From Candidatus Sungiibacteriota bacterium (GTDB taxonomy: Bacteria > Patescibacteriota > Minisyncoccia > Sungbacterales > HO2-52-23): a stretch of 64,000 bases of DNA. Both the position numbers and the translations under genes were made by a program. Numbering within the stretch: the stretch's first letter is position 1; each line of letters starts with the position of its first letter. Location of the stretch: contig JACPBG010000003.1 of assembly GCA_016180435.1 (NCBI GenBank), positions 77,791 through 141,790 of the forward strand. The letters are read 5' to 3'. The notes beneath the pieces were generated by a model that was not told the origin of the DNA, ran no database searches, and saw nothing but the letters and a program-made list of their open reading frames with translations. Shown piece after piece: positions 53,841-64,000 of the stretch.

Positions 53841-54965
53841 ATGCGGATAAAAACATTATCAGATGTGCGGATTTCTCGCGGCACGCGAGTTCTTCTGCGG
53901 GGTGATTTTGACGTTGCGGTACGCGCTGGGAAAATTAAGGATGATTTTCGTCTGCGGGCGATTATTCCCACCATTGAATTTATCATCGGGCACGGAGGAT
54001 GCCCGCGCCTAATGGGGCATATGGGACGACCGCACGGAAAAAAAACGGCACAGGCCTCTCTTAAGCCGGTGGCTGAATATATTTCTCGGGCGTTGAGGCG
54101 CAGGGTCCTTTTTGTCGGCGATCCCCGGATATTTGATAAAAATATGGATGGCCGGCAGGAAATTCTTTTTTTTGAAAATCTTAGATTTTTCAAGGGCGAA
54201 GAAGAAAACAGCTCTTTGTTTGCGCGGCGTTTGTCCCGGTGGGGGGATTTATATATTGATGATGCGTTTGCCAATGCGCATCGCGCGCATGCTTCGGTAG
54301 ATAAGATTGCGCGTTTGTTGCCATCCGCCGCCGGTCTAAGATTTATCGAGGAAGTAAAAGCCCTGGGGCGCCTGCTTCAAGGTCCGCGCCGTCCCGCGGT
54401 TGCGGTTTTGGGCGGAGCCAAACTTGAAACCAAGCTGCCGCTGATTGAAAGGTTTTTAAAAATAGGATATGAGGTGTTGGTGGGCGGGGCTTTGGTTAAT
54501 CCTGCCCTTCCATTTATTATTAACAAGCGTAATCTTTCTCCGTTACGCCGAATTATTTCAAGCCCGCGTTTGCATCTCCCGGTTGATCTTCGGGTCGCAC
54601 GCAGTGTCAGGTCTCGTACGCGGATATCCGGAATAGGTGCGGTTAGAGCAGGTGAAATTAATTATGATATTGGACCGGAAACCATCCAAAGTTTTTGCGC
54701 ATCAATCCGCCGCGCCAAAACAATTGTATGGAACGGGCCGCTTGGGTTTGCCGAATATCGTAAATTCGCAAAAGGCACGGTTGCTATTGCGCGCGCGATT
54801 GCCGGTAGCGGCACATTTAGCGTTATGGGGGGAGGGGATACGATTGCCCTTCTTTCGCAATACGGAGTACTTAAAGGATTTTCGCATATATCCATAGGCG
54901 GAGGAGCAATGTTGGAATTTTTGGCGGGGAAGAAACTGCCCGGAGTGGAGGTGTTGAGAAAATGA
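53841..54965 (+). CDS. pgk: Phosphoglycerate kinase
   Basis: RVLLRGDFDVAV...; C-terminal GGGDT and GGGAMLEFL. Confidence 0.85.
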   Translation: MRIKTLSDVRISRGTRVLLRGDFDVAVRAGKIKDDFRLRAIIPTIEFIIGHGGCPRLMGHMGRPHGKKTAQASLKPVAEYISRALRRRVLFVGDPRIFDKNMDGRQEILFFENLRFFKGEEENSSLFARRLSRWGDLYIDDAFANAHRAHASVDKIARLLPSAAGLRFIEEVKALGRLLQGPRRPAVAVLGGAKLETKLPLIERFLKIGYEVLVGGALVNPALPFIINKRNLSPLRRIISSPRLHLPVDLRVARSVRSRTRISGIGAVRAGEINYDIGPETIQSFCASIRRAKTIVWNGPLGFAEYRKFAKGTVAIARAIAGSGTFSVMGGGDTIALLSQYGVLKGFSHISIGGGAMLEFLAGKKLPGVEVLRK

Positions 54966-55029
54966 CGTATGATGAATTTAAATAACTGAAAGTATAAAAC
55001 TCAAACATGTACAAAACCCATTAAGATAA

Positions 55030-55145
55030 ATTTCTAATTACCTAATTGCCTAATTTCTAATAAAATGTCCAATAAAGAAATTAAGAATTTAGGCCTTAGA
55101 AATTTTATTAGGTGAATTAGAAATTAGGTGAATTTGGAATTTTAG
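55030..55145. repeat. Family D element (intact)
   Basis: ttctaattacctaattgcctaatttctaataaaatgtcc...aattttattaggtgaattagaaattaggtgaatttggaattttag. Confidence 0.8.
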
Positions 55146-55152
55146 TGCTTGT

Positions 55153-55983
55153 TTGTGCTCTGGTTTATGTGCTTTGCATTTTTTACTTATGCGTTATAAA
55201 GATATTAATCATTTCAAATCTGAATGCGGTTATGAAGTCAACGGAGCATGGCTGCCGCGAGTTACCAAGATTCTGGATATAAAGGCTAAACCCGGCCTGG
55301 ATATTTTTTTTAAAGAAGTCGGGGATTATTCGTCTGCCGAAGACATTAAAAATAAGTCAGCGGAAGAAGGAACCAAACTTCATCGGGCGATCCAGGGCCT
55401 TTTTACCGGCAATACCGATCCTATTCCAGGGGAGGTGCGGCCGGCTGTAGATGCTTTTCAAGAGTTTAATGAAGCAAGAAAAATAGAATTGCATCCGGAA
55501 TTTGTGGAGCGGCTTATTTGGTCCGGGCGGTATAAATATGCCGGAACCGTGGATGCGCTGGCCGTGGTTGATGGGAAATTCGGCGTGCTGGATATAAAAA
55601 CCTCAACCGGATTTTGGCCGGAATATAATTTGCAAACCGCGGCTTACATTTCGGCTTTGCAGGAGTTTGAGATTAAAAAAACATTAGCTCTTCCGCAGGA
55701 TGTCCAGACGCGTTGGATTTTAAGAATAGATCAGAATAAAATATGTAAACGCTGTAAAGCCGTGCTTCGTGAAAAAGGAGGAAGGGCAAAGGTCCGTAAT
55801 GGTAAGTCGGGCGGCGTCGCGCCTTGTCCCGCAGATCTGCATGAATGGGGAGAATTACGGGGCGAGGTAGAAATTCGGGAATTCCCGTATTTTTATAACG
55901 ACACCCGGGCCTTTATAGCTGCCAAGATATTGTGGGAATGGGAAAATGGATATTGGTTAAGGCAAATCGGATATTTGAAATAA
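55153..55983 (+). CDS. Cas4/RecB-like PD-(D/E)xK nuclease family protein (stand-alone)
   Basis: GTVDAL (motif II), LDIKT (motif III), QTAAY (QxxxY); one N-terminal Cys plus C-terminal CKRC...C suggests Fe-S. No CRISPR array nearby. Confidence 0.55.
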   Translation: MCSGLCALHFLLMRYKDINHFKSECGYEVNGAWLPRVTKILDIKAKPGLDIFFKEVGDYSSAEDIKNKSAEEGTKLHRAIQGLFTGNTDPIPGEVRPAVDAFQEFNEARKIELHPEFVERLIWSGRYKYAGTVDALAVVDGKFGVLDIKTSTGFWPEYNLQTAAYISALQEFEIKKTLALPQDVQTRWILRIDQNKICKRCKAVLREKGGRAKVRNGKSGGVAPCPADLHEWGELRGEVEIREFPYFYNDTRAFIAAKILWEWENGYWLRQIGYLK

Positions 55984-56107
55984 ATCCTGTACACAAATCC
56001 ACTAATGAGCACACAAATCCACAAATGGGATAAGTAGTCGTGATTCGTGGATTGGTGTATCAATTCGTGGATTGGTGTATCAATTCGTGGATTGGTGTGT
56101 TTGTTTT
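55984..56107. repeat. Family C element with triplicated right-arm iteron
   Basis: atcctgtacacaaatccactaatgagcacacaaatccacaaatggg...cgtgattcgtggattggtgtatcaattcgtggattggtgtatcaattcgtggattggtgtgtttg. Confidence 0.8.
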
Positions 56108-56108
56108 T

Positions 56109-56543
56109 ATGGAAAAAATAATTGTCTATACCGATGGCGGCGCCCGGGGAAATCCTGGTCCGGCGGCTATCGGGGTTGTTATTAAGGATTTAAATGGCCA
56201 TACTATTAAAAGTTATGGCGAAGCAATTGGGAATACGACTAATAATGAAGCGGAATACCGGGCGGTGGTTTTGGCATTGCAGAAACTTAAACTTATTTTT
56301 GGCGGAAAGAAAACAGAAAAACTATCGGTAGAGTTTCGAATGGACAGCGAACTGGTGGCGTGCCAGCTTAAGGGAGAATATAAGATTGAAGAAGAGCGCC
56401 TGTTTCCGCACTTCATAAAAATATGGAATCTAAAGATGGATTTTCGCGAAATTGTATTTAATCACATCCCCCGGGAAAAAAATAAAGAGGCAGACCGGTT
56501 AGTGAATGAGGCGCTGGATAAAGAGCAGGAAAAATTATTTTAA
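56109..56543 (+). CDS. rnhA: Ribonuclease HI
   Basis: IVYTDGGARGNPGPAAIGVV...NNEAEYRAVVLAL...NHIPREKNKEADRL. Confidence 0.8.
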   Translation: MEKIIVYTDGGARGNPGPAAIGVVIKDLNGHTIKSYGEAIGNTTNNEAEYRAVVLALQKLKLIFGGKKTEKLSVEFRMDSELVACQLKGEYKIEEERLFPHFIKIWNLKMDFREIVFNHIPREKNKEADRLVNEALDKEQEKLF

Positions 56544-56576
56544 CAAAAACCCGCGTAGGCGGATTTTTGTTATCCT

Positions 56577-56600
56577 TGATGCATCTATAAGCCGAATTCT
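56577..56600. terminator. Bidirectional hairpin terminator (rnhA on plus, rnpB on minus)
   Basis: aaaaacccgcgtaggcggatttttg. Confidence 0.6.
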
Positions 56601-56603
56601 GTT

Positions 56604-57093
56604 CCGCATTTTTTTATATTTTTGCGGAGATGATCATTTATCTAGGCCAAAGATTTCTCATTTGGCTCAAGCGGATTTTCCGCAATTGCGGATTACCTTG
56701 CACCGGATAGGAGTTTTTCACCGCGTATTGTTGCCAGTACGCGCTGTGAGCTTTTACTTTTACCTCGCCGAAGCGAAGCTTATCCCGCGCGAAGGCGGGC
56801 TCACTCTTTTCACCCTTACCTCCTCCACCATAAAAACCTTTAGAGTTTTTTTGATGACGATCGGCGGTATTGTTTCTGTGACACTTTCCCGGTCATGGCG
56901 GCCGTTAGCCGCTATCTCTAACGCTGCATAGCAGCGTAGAACTTAGAACCAAGATCTTAGAACTTAGAAAAACGACTAAGATCTAAGTTCTAATACTCTA
57001 AGTTCTGCGTTGCTATGCAACGCTGGTGTTCGGACTTTCCTCCCCCCAGTAATGTTTTGCATTAATGGGAGCGATCATCCAATGCATCAAGGT
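56604..57093 (-). ncRNA. rnpB: RNase P RNA (bacterial type), interrupted by a family F palindromic insertion
   Basis: Minus strand shows ggaggaaagtccgaacacc (P4 5' strand), gtcacagaaac, ggtaagggtgaaaagagtgagcc, ggtgcaaggtaatccgc, gcttgagccaaatgag...ggcctagataaatgatc...gcggaacagaattcggcttatagatg (E. coli M1-like 3' third). P1 pairs ccttgatgcat/atgcatcaagg. Confidence 0.75.
56935..57004. repeat. Family F palindromic element inserted inside rnpB
   Basis: tagaacttagaaccaagatcttagaacttagaaaaacgactaagatctaagttctaatactctaagttct, flanked by hairpins acgctgcatagcagcgt and gcgttgctatgcaacgc. Confidence 0.75.
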
Positions 57094-57126
57094 ACGTTTA
57101 TAATAATACTCCTAAAAAATTAAAAT

Positions 57127-57238
57127 GTCAACCCCGTTAGAGAGAAACAGGGATTCTCATTTATTTTCAAATATCTCTGTGTTTATAAAAACCTTTTGTG
57201 TGCAAATCACCGTGTTTGTTTCTTTCTAACGGGGTCAA
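57127..57238. repeat. Family G element
   Basis: gtcaaccccgttagagagaaacaggg ... gtttgtttctttctaacggggtcaa. Confidence 0.75.
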
Positions 57239-57340
57239 ATAAAAATCGTCCTGATTAGTTCGGGACGATTTCAGTATAAAATCTCCATCAAGCGAGCCCG
57301 ATATGCGTTTCTACGAAATTAGTGGAGGCGAAAATTCCAA

Positions 57341-57476
57341 GGGCGAGGTAATGCTGTTTTGAGACAATGGGAGGCGAGATTTGCTTGGTTCCGACGTCAG
57401 TCGGAAAATTTCGTCGACCCTTAGCGAGCGCGCCGCCGGAGCGCGCGAGTCGTGTCTCAAAACAGCATTGCCGAGT
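57341..57476 (-). repeat. Family E-like structured element (copy E5, reverse orientation)
   Basis: Outer stem gctgttttgagaca/tgtctcaaaacagc; reverse complement holds gcgcgctccggcggcgcgc hairpin, ccgactgacgtcgg hairpin, accaagc, cctcccattg. Confidence 0.6.
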
Positions 57477-57533
57477 AAGTATTATTTGTCTCTGCCGTAA
57501 CTTTTGAGTGGAGCGTGTATCGGGCAAGCGATT

Positions 57534-57758
57534 TTATACCACCATTGATATATCTATTTTTTTTCCGCTACGGCGGTTTTTTGAATTTTCTATTTTACGC
57601 AAGAAAAGTTCAATTTGATCCAGGCGATAAACCCGGTAATTATTTACCGGATTGCGATATGCGGAAAGCGTCCCTTTCTTGTCCCAATTGCGGAGTGTCA
57701 AGGGGGTGACACTTAAAATTTCGGCGGCTTGCTGTATGGTAAGGTATTTTTTCTCCAT
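57534..57758 (-). CDS. MerR/excisionase-type HTH DNA-binding protein
   Basis: YLTIQQAAEILSVTPLTLRNWDKKGTLSAYRNPVNNYRVYRLDQI has the HTH_17/excisionase-like signature. Confidence 0.6.
   Translation of the reverse strand: MEKKYLTIQQAAEILSVTPLTLRNWDKKGTLSAYRNPVNNYRVYRLDQIELFLRKIENSKNRRSGKKIDISMVV
57560..57586. terminator. Hairpin with T-runs on both sides
   Basis: ttttttttccgctacggcggttttttg. Confidence 0.5.
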
Positions 57759-58172
57759 ATTATAACATATATAAACCTTAATAATTTATCGCATAGTACT
57801 ATTAAAGTTTATCAAATGATACATATCATTATCAATGCGTTTTTTATCCTGTATTTATTTTGTTCTATCGCGGTTGTATCGTCAACGCGGGGTTATCCAC
57901 ATTTATCTCAATAAATATCAACATGTCATGCTAAACTTAATAATAGGTTATCCCCAGCATCCGATATGCTATTGGATGCATCCGATACCGCACAAGTATT
58001 AAAAAAATCGGGCGAAAATTTTTACAAGACCGTTGATTGGTTATCAAAAATATTTTGTTTTAGCGGAGCAAAATGTAATCGAGAACAAATTCGGGCGGAT
58101 AAAAAAATTTTCCTGTCGGTCGGCAAGTAGATCGACTTCGCCCAGCCGAGTGCGGTTTTACCCGGAGAATAA

Positions 58173-59513
<1,341 letters not shown>

Positions 59514-59665
59514 GCAGTGATGCCAATCCGATGCGAATTTAATGCCAATCTGGCGAATTGCGAATAATTATTCTTCGAGTGAAATCGAGAAGATACCTTA
59601 AATGTATATTCTCGACCCGCTTCGCTCTCGCTACAGCGAGGCGAGCAGGCTTGTAGATTGGCATC
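59514..59665. repeat. Family B element, long variant with rearranged right arm
   Basis: gcagtgatgccaatccgatgcgaatttaatgccaatctggcgaattgcgaat...ttcttcgagtgaaatcgagaag...gattggcatcacacc, then tATG. Confidence 0.75.
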
Positions 59666-59671
59666 ACACCT

Positions 59672-60397
59672 ATGTTTTTCGAAACCCCATCATTCATCGT
59701 TTCCCCCTATCTTTTTATTTTAGTAATTTTGGTAAACATTGGTTTGCTTTCGTTTTTGATTTTATGGGGAACCAGATTTTTCAGGCGGACTTTCCAGTCC
59801 CGGGATCAGGCGCGTTTGCGCCTGGAGCGCGCGGAGCGCGAGGCGGAGGAAATTGTAAACCGGGCCCGCCAAGAGTCGCTTGCCATAATCGGAAAGGCCC
59901 ATGAGTCATCTGCCGAAATTATGAAGGAGGCCGCCGTGTCGCGTGGGGATTTTCAAAAAGAATTTGAAAAAGTCATGAGGGAATTTTCGAGGGGAGAAAC
60001 CGAGCGGCTTTTGAAAATATCCGAAGGATTTTTGAAATCGTATCAGGCCTACACCGAGGAGGCGCGCAAGACCTATCTGAAAAATCTGGACGCGCTTTAT
60101 CAGCATTTAACTGATCGCGCGCGGGAAGGCGCGGGGCGATTTGAAAAATTCATGCAGGATGAAGTCGGGCAGTTTGAGGGCATTGCCAAATCCCAGTTTG
60201 AGCGCCTGCAATCCAGCGTGGTCCTGGAGGTAGAAGCATATAAACAGGATTTGATAAAACGCGTGGAGCGCTCCATATTTCGCATTATTTATCTTGTTTC
60301 AACCAATGTTTTGGGTAAAACCATTGATTTGGAGGGTCATCGGGAGCTGGTTTTGAAAGCGTTGGAAGAAGCCAAGCGGGAAGGATTCTTTGATTAA
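59672..60397 (+). CDS. atpF: F-type ATP synthase subunit b
   Basis: N-terminal TM helix followed by a long charged coiled coil (RLRLERAEREAEEIVNRARQES). Confidence 0.7.
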   Translation: MFFETPSFIVSPYLFILVILVNIGLLSFLILWGTRFFRRTFQSRDQARLRLERAEREAEEIVNRARQESLAIIGKAHESSAEIMKEAAVSRGDFQKEFEKVMREFSRGETERLLKISEGFLKSYQAYTEEARKTYLKNLDALYQHLTDRAREGAGRFEKFMQDEVGQFEGIAKSQFERLQSSVVLEVEAYKQDLIKRVERSIFRIIYLVSTNVLGKTIDLEGHRELVLKALEEAKREGFFD

Positions 60398-60503
60398 ATC
60401 CTGTACACGAATCCACTAATGAGCACACTAATCCACAAATAACTAAAAAGTATTCATGATTCGTGGATTAGGGTAAACATTCGTTGATTAGTGTGTTTAA
60501 TTG
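60398..60503. repeat. Family C element
   Basis: atcctgtacacgaatccactaatgagcacactaatccacaaat...catgattcgtggattagggtaaacattcgttgattagtgtgtttaattgtt. Confidence 0.8.
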
Positions 60504-60505
60504 TT

Positions 60506-61030
60506 ATGCAAGAAAAAAATTCTATCAATGAAATAATCAAACAGATTCGGACGCAGGAAGACGCAGGTGCGTTTAGCGAAGGCGCGGATATTTTGGAGGA
60601 AGGGATATATTATCGTGATCCTTCGGCGTTGCGCGATAAATTGCGAAGCCGCCTGCCGCAAAGGATTGATCTTGCGTTAGGGGGCGAGGCGGACAAATTT
60701 TTGTCTAAAAAGGATGCGGACGGCTTAAGATCGTTCATAGCGTCTCTCCGCGGGGCCATCAAGAATTTGCGGATTTTGCGTCTTGAGCTTGCGTTTGATC
60801 CGACCGGAGAAACAATCGATTACATAAGTTCATGGGTAAAACGCGAGATAGGGCCGGATATGATTTTGGACTTAGGGCGCGACCTCTCGATTCGCGGCGG
60901 CGCGCGCATCATATTTCACGGAAAATTGGTGGAAAAAAGCCTGGGAACGATGATCGCATCCTGGATTGAGCGCGACAGAGAAAAAATAAAAGAGTCGTTG
61001 CGGCACGCCGTAACCGTGAGAAACCAGTAA
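60506..61030 (+). CDS. atpH: F-type ATP synthase subunit delta (OSCP)
   Basis: Position between atpF and atpA; OSCP-like helical N-domain. Start ATG at 60506; the track GTG at 60491 lies in the repeat. Confidence 0.65.
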   Translation: MQEKNSINEIIKQIRTQEDAGAFSEGADILEEGIYYRDPSALRDKLRSRLPQRIDLALGGEADKFLSKKDADGLRSFIASLRGAIKNLRILRLELAFDPTGETIDYISSWVKREIGPDMILDLGRDLSIRGGARIIFHGKLVEKSLGTMIASWIERDREKIKESLRHAVTVRNQ

Positions 61031-61123
61031 ACGAGAACTTAGAACCAAGAACTAAGAACTTAGAAAATTAAACTACTCGCTAAGTTCTAAGATCTATATG
61101 CTAAGTTCTTTTGCGAAGCAAAC
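61031..61123. repeat. Family F palindromic element with start-proximal tail
   Basis: cgagaacttagaaccaagaactaagaacttagaaaattaaactactcgctaagttctaagatctatatgctaagttcttttgcgaagcaaac, then GTG of atpA. Confidence 0.8.
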
Positions 61124-62602
61124 GTGGAGGATTTCAATTTCTATCTCAATCGTATCGGTGAAATCGGCTTTGTAAAAAAAGTCGTGCCGCCGATCATATA
61201 TGCCGAGGGTTTGCCGGGCGCCACGCCGGAAGAGGTTGTTTTAACCGAATCCGGCGAGATCTCCACCGTTACCGCCATACGTGAGGATGCGGTGGAGCTT
61301 TTAAGTTTTTCACGAACGCCTTTACGGGTGGGCACGCGCTTGGCGCGAAGCGCTGCGCGCTTTGAAATTCCCCTGGGTCCCGAACTTCTGGGGTCAATTA
61401 TTGACCCCCTGGGGCATTCGCTTGATCCATCGCATCCCCTGCCGCTTCGCGGCGAGCGCCGTCCGGTGGATATTGTTCCATCCGGAATCCAGTCGCGGGC
61501 GCGCATACGCCGGCCGTGCGAAACCGGCAGCACCGCCATTGATCTTATGATCCCTTTGGGAAAGGGCCAGCGGGAACTTGTGATCGGCGATCAAAAAACC
61601 GGGAAATCAAGATTTCTTTTGCGCTCGTTACTCACGCAGGTTCGTCAGGGCGCGATTGGAGTATATGCGGCTATTGGGAAACCGCAAATCACGGTCAAAC
61701 AAGTTGAGGGGTTTTTGCGGGAGAATAAGATATTTGAAAAAGCAGTTATGGTTGTTTCCGAATCGGACGATCCGGCAAGTTTGGCGTACCTGACGCCTTA
61801 TGTCGCCATGACCATTGCGGAGTATTTTCGGGATGCGGGGAATGATGTTTTTCTTGTGCTGGACGATTTGTCTCTTCACGCCAAGGCCTATCGCGAGATT
61901 TCTCTTCTGGGGCGCAGATATCCCGGCAGAAATTCATATCCGGGCGATATATTTTACGCGCATGCGCGTTTGCTTGAGCGTGCCGGAAATTTTAAGCACG
62001 CGCGCGGTGAGCGGGCGATAACCTGCCTTCCGGTGATTGAAACCGTGGAGGGGGATTTGACCGGGTACATTCAAACTAACCTCATGTCTATGACCGATGG
62101 CCATCTTTTTTTCGATCACCGCCTATTTGTGGAAGGGCGGCGGCCAGCCGTGGATCCATTTTTATCGGTAACCCGCGTGGGGCATCAGGTACAATCCGCA
62201 TTGAAACTTGAAATCGGCCGGGCGCTTATATCATTTTTGCGCGAGGCCAATGCGCTGCATAATTTTGCGAGTTTCGGCGCAGAGCTCGGGGAGCATGTCA
62301 GAAAAATTTTTGCCAAAGAAGAACGCGTTATGCAGTTTCTCGATCAGACCGTATACGATTCTCTCGCATCCAATTTGCAGCTTCTGTTATTCGGCATGGC
62401 TTGGGGCGATATGTGGGAAAATATGTCTTCCCTGGAGATGCGTTCCACAATTCAGAAAAACGTTTTTTTACATGAGACCAACCGGGATTTTCGTAATCGC
62501 GTTGAGCAGGTAATCGGCGGCGCAAATAGCCTGCCGGCGCTCTTGGAAAGAGTAAGGGATTTTGGCGTATCGGTCTCGCCAGTAGAGGCTAAACCTCGAT
62601 AG
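61124..62602 (+). CDS. atpA: F-type ATP synthase subunit alpha
   Basis: P-loop GDQKTGKS, DDLS... (Walker B), ~500 aa; GTG start. Confidence 0.85.
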   Translation: MEDFNFYLNRIGEIGFVKKVVPPIIYAEGLPGATPEEVVLTESGEISTVTAIREDAVELLSFSRTPLRVGTRLARSAARFEIPLGPELLGSIIDPLGHSLDPSHPLPLRGERRPVDIVPSGIQSRARIRRPCETGSTAIDLMIPLGKGQRELVIGDQKTGKSRFLLRSLLTQVRQGAIGVYAAIGKPQITVKQVEGFLRENKIFEKAVMVVSESDDPASLAYLTPYVAMTIAEYFRDAGNDVFLVLDDLSLHAKAYREISLLGRRYPGRNSYPGDIFYAHARLLERAGNFKHARGERAITCLPVIETVEGDLTGYIQTNLMSMTDGHLFFDHRLFVEGRRPAVDPFLSVTRVGHQVQSALKLEIGRALISFLREANALHNFASFGAELGEHVRKIFAKEERVMQFLDQTVYDSLASNLQLLLFGMAWGDMWENMSSLEMRSTIQKNVFLHETNRDFRNRVEQVIGGANSLPALLERVRDFGVSVSPVEAKPR

Positions 62603-62639
62603 TTTACTATCGAGGTTTAGCCTCAATGGCACAAACCGC

Positions 62640-63527
62640 ATGATTCGAAGAAACATTTTTGAAGAAACAGAGCGTCTTTCAGTACTTCGTATTCTTATCG
62701 AAACGTATGAGGGCATTGCCGCCATGACCATACGCCGAATTCGAAATTCAGTTCTGCAAAACCGCGAATTTTATGCCGGCCTGTCTGATCTTTTTGCCGA
62801 AATAAAATCAGCTTACGCAAAAGATCTGCGCTCCCTTATGGTCAAGCGGGGAATAAAACAGGCGTTGGCCGACGGAGCTAAAGCCAAATCTTTATCGCTG
62901 ATCCGGAGAAACGGCAAAACCGTTTATGTCCTGCTTTCGTCTAACACCGGACTTTACGGGGAAATTATCGGCAAGACATTCGCTTTATTTGTTAAGAACA
63001 TCCGCTGGAGCGATGCGGATTGCGTGATAGTCGGCAGGGTGGGCAGGATGTTATTTGAATCCGCCATGCCGCAAAAGAAATTTTCGTATTTTGATTTTCC
63101 CGACACCCATGTTTCGCGCGCCGATTTGGAGGAAATTACAAAATTTCTCCATCAGTATGAGAATGTCGTGGTATTTCACGGAGCATTTCGCAGTTTTATT
63201 GATCAGCATCCGGCATTATCGCGTGTTTCGGGGGACGAGCGTCTGTTGGGGGAAGAGGCTTCGGGGTCGGTGTCCTACATCTTTGAGCCATCGCTTGAGG
63301 ATATAATGGTTTTTTTCGAAAGTGAGATTTTTGCATCGCTTCTGGGGCAGGTTTTTTATGAGTCGCGTCTTGCTAAAGTGGCAAGCCGTTTAATGGTACT
63401 TGATCGCGCATCCACAAATGTTGATGATGCCTTGCGCCGCTCGTTTTTTAAGCAGCGTCAAGCCGGACATCAGCTTTCCAATAAAAAGCAGATAAATGCC
63501 ATGAGCGGCGTAGCTCTTTGGGGGTAA
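62640..63527 (+). CDS. atpG: F-type ATP synthase subunit gamma
   Basis: Position and size; N- and C-terminal coiled-coil helices. Confidence 0.75.
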   Translation: MIRRNIFEETERLSVLRILIETYEGIAAMTIRRIRNSVLQNREFYAGLSDLFAEIKSAYAKDLRSLMVKRGIKQALADGAKAKSLSLIRRNGKTVYVLLSSNTGLYGEIIGKTFALFVKNIRWSDADCVIVGRVGRMLFESAMPQKKFSYFDFPDTHVSRADLEEITKFLHQYENVVVFHGAFRSFIDQHPALSRVSGDERLLGEEASGSVSYIFEPSLEDIMVFFESEIFASLLGQVFYESRLAKVASRLMVLDRASTNVDDALRRSFFKQRQAGHQLSNKKQINAMSGVALWG

Positions 63528-63615
63528 CATCAGCGAATAACGAATCCTTCGCGAATTTACGAATACTGGAATTCGTAATTCGTATATTCGTACGAGATTC
63601 GTTATTCGACGATGT
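63528..63615. repeat. Family A' element
   Basis: catcagcgaataacgaatccttcgcgaatttacgaatactggaattcgtaattcgtatattcgtacgagattcgttattcgacgatg. Confidence 0.75.
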
Positions 63616-63642
63616 TTTACCGTTATTCGTTGATAAATTTAA

Positions 63643-63757
63643 TCATGAATCCCGTTAGAAGTTTATGTCTAAATATTTCACGGGATTGGTTAATAGTCAA
63701 AGTTCTCAATTTCAAATTTGATTTTGGAGTTAAAGGACTTCTAACGGGATGAATACA
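63643..63757. repeat. Family G-variant element ('tcccgttagaag') whose right TIR contains the atpD start codon
   Basis: atgaatcccgttagaagtttatg ... ggacttctaacgggATGaat. Confidence 0.65.
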
Positions 63758-64000
63758 AATTACGGGACAATTATAGGCGTTGAGGGGCAGATCGCGGAAG
63801 TCGAATTTTTGACTGCCAAGCCGTCTTTGCATGACATTCTGGTTTTGGAGGACGATCCCTCGGTTCGTCTGGAAGTCCGCGTTTCATCCCGCGAAGATGC
63901 TTATTTTTGTTTTGTATTCGGATCTTCTTTAAAGTTGCGCCGCGGCGCGCGAGCCCTTAATTCCGGAGAGCAGTTGTCCATTCCGGTGGGGCGCGGCTTT
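63749..64000 (+). CDS. atpD: F-type ATP synthase subunit beta (5' part; runs off the window)
   Basis: MNTNYGTIIGVEGQIAEVEF... has the beta N-terminal beta-barrel signature. Confidence 0.8.
   Translation, partial: MNTNYGTIIGVEGQIAEVEFLTAKPSLHDILVLEDDPSVRLEVRVSSREDAYFCFVFGSSLKLRRGARALNSGEQLSIPVGRGF

Noticed and set aside
56506-56931. 141-aa plus-strand ORF (and small ORFs 56213..56416) in this region
   Set aside because: It overlaps the RNase P RNA gene on the opposite strand and the family F palindrome. There are no protein motifs, so it is a spurious ORF.
57040-57075. Possible additional small RNAs (SRP RNA, tmRNA, 6S) in the larger non-coding gaps (3212-3645, 9500-9830, 46984-47334)
   Set aside because: None of the SRP (GGAAGCAGCC), tmRNA (tRNA-Ala-like ends) or other hallmark motifs could be found by eye. 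Only RNase P RNA and one tRNA could be supported.

Overview
This ~45% GC bacterial segment has a CPR/Patescibacteria-like signature: no L30 between rpsE and rplO, C-terminal extensions on several r-proteins, few Shine-Dalgarno sequences, TGA used as a stop codon and AGR coding Arg. Housekeeping content, in order: lepB, a hisS-like class II aaRS, a HIT protein, rpsU, ftsA-ftsZ, one tRNA, a split comEC, a PilB/GspE-type ATPase, pepA, rpmB, the str operon (rpsL-rpsG-fusA ... tuf), a near-complete S10/spc/alpha-type cluster (rpsJ ... rplO-secY-adk-map), ruvX, a GT2 glycosyltransferase, galT, tpiA, ndh, pgk, a Cas4-like nuclease, rnhA, RNase P RNA (minus strand) and atpF-H-A-G-D. The striking feature is that almost every gene junction, including those inside the ribosomal-protein operons, is occupied by a short palindromic element built from 6-8 bp iterons. 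I count at least 10 sequence families: A 'tacgaa', B 'gccaatc', C 'atccaca/cgtggatt', D 'ctaatt', E structured, F 'cttagaa', G 'ccccgttaga', H 'cacagat', J and K. The elements abut stop and start codons: family B ends supply TGA stops, and A, C, F and H ends sit 1-12 nt before start codons. Some are nested inside others (G in B, G in D). Family F sits in-frame inside fusA, map, the comEC MBL gene and the rpsC tail, and one F copy lies inside the RNase P RNA gene. Two ~0.5 kb copies of family A carry a GxxExxY-type PD-(D/E)xK nuclease gene between the same terminal inverted repeats, which suggests an autonomous element with family A MITEs as its derivatives. One of these copies splits rpsG from fusA. 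Other notable points: family E copies keep their stems through compensatory changes; a toxin-antitoxin cassette island lies between fusA and tuf; a Ser-like type II tRNA carries a UCU anticodon; the atp operon lacks atpB/atpE and instead starts with an HTH-membrane-c-like fusion protein; and a GC-rich PurM-like gene and a Rieske oxygenase look acquired.
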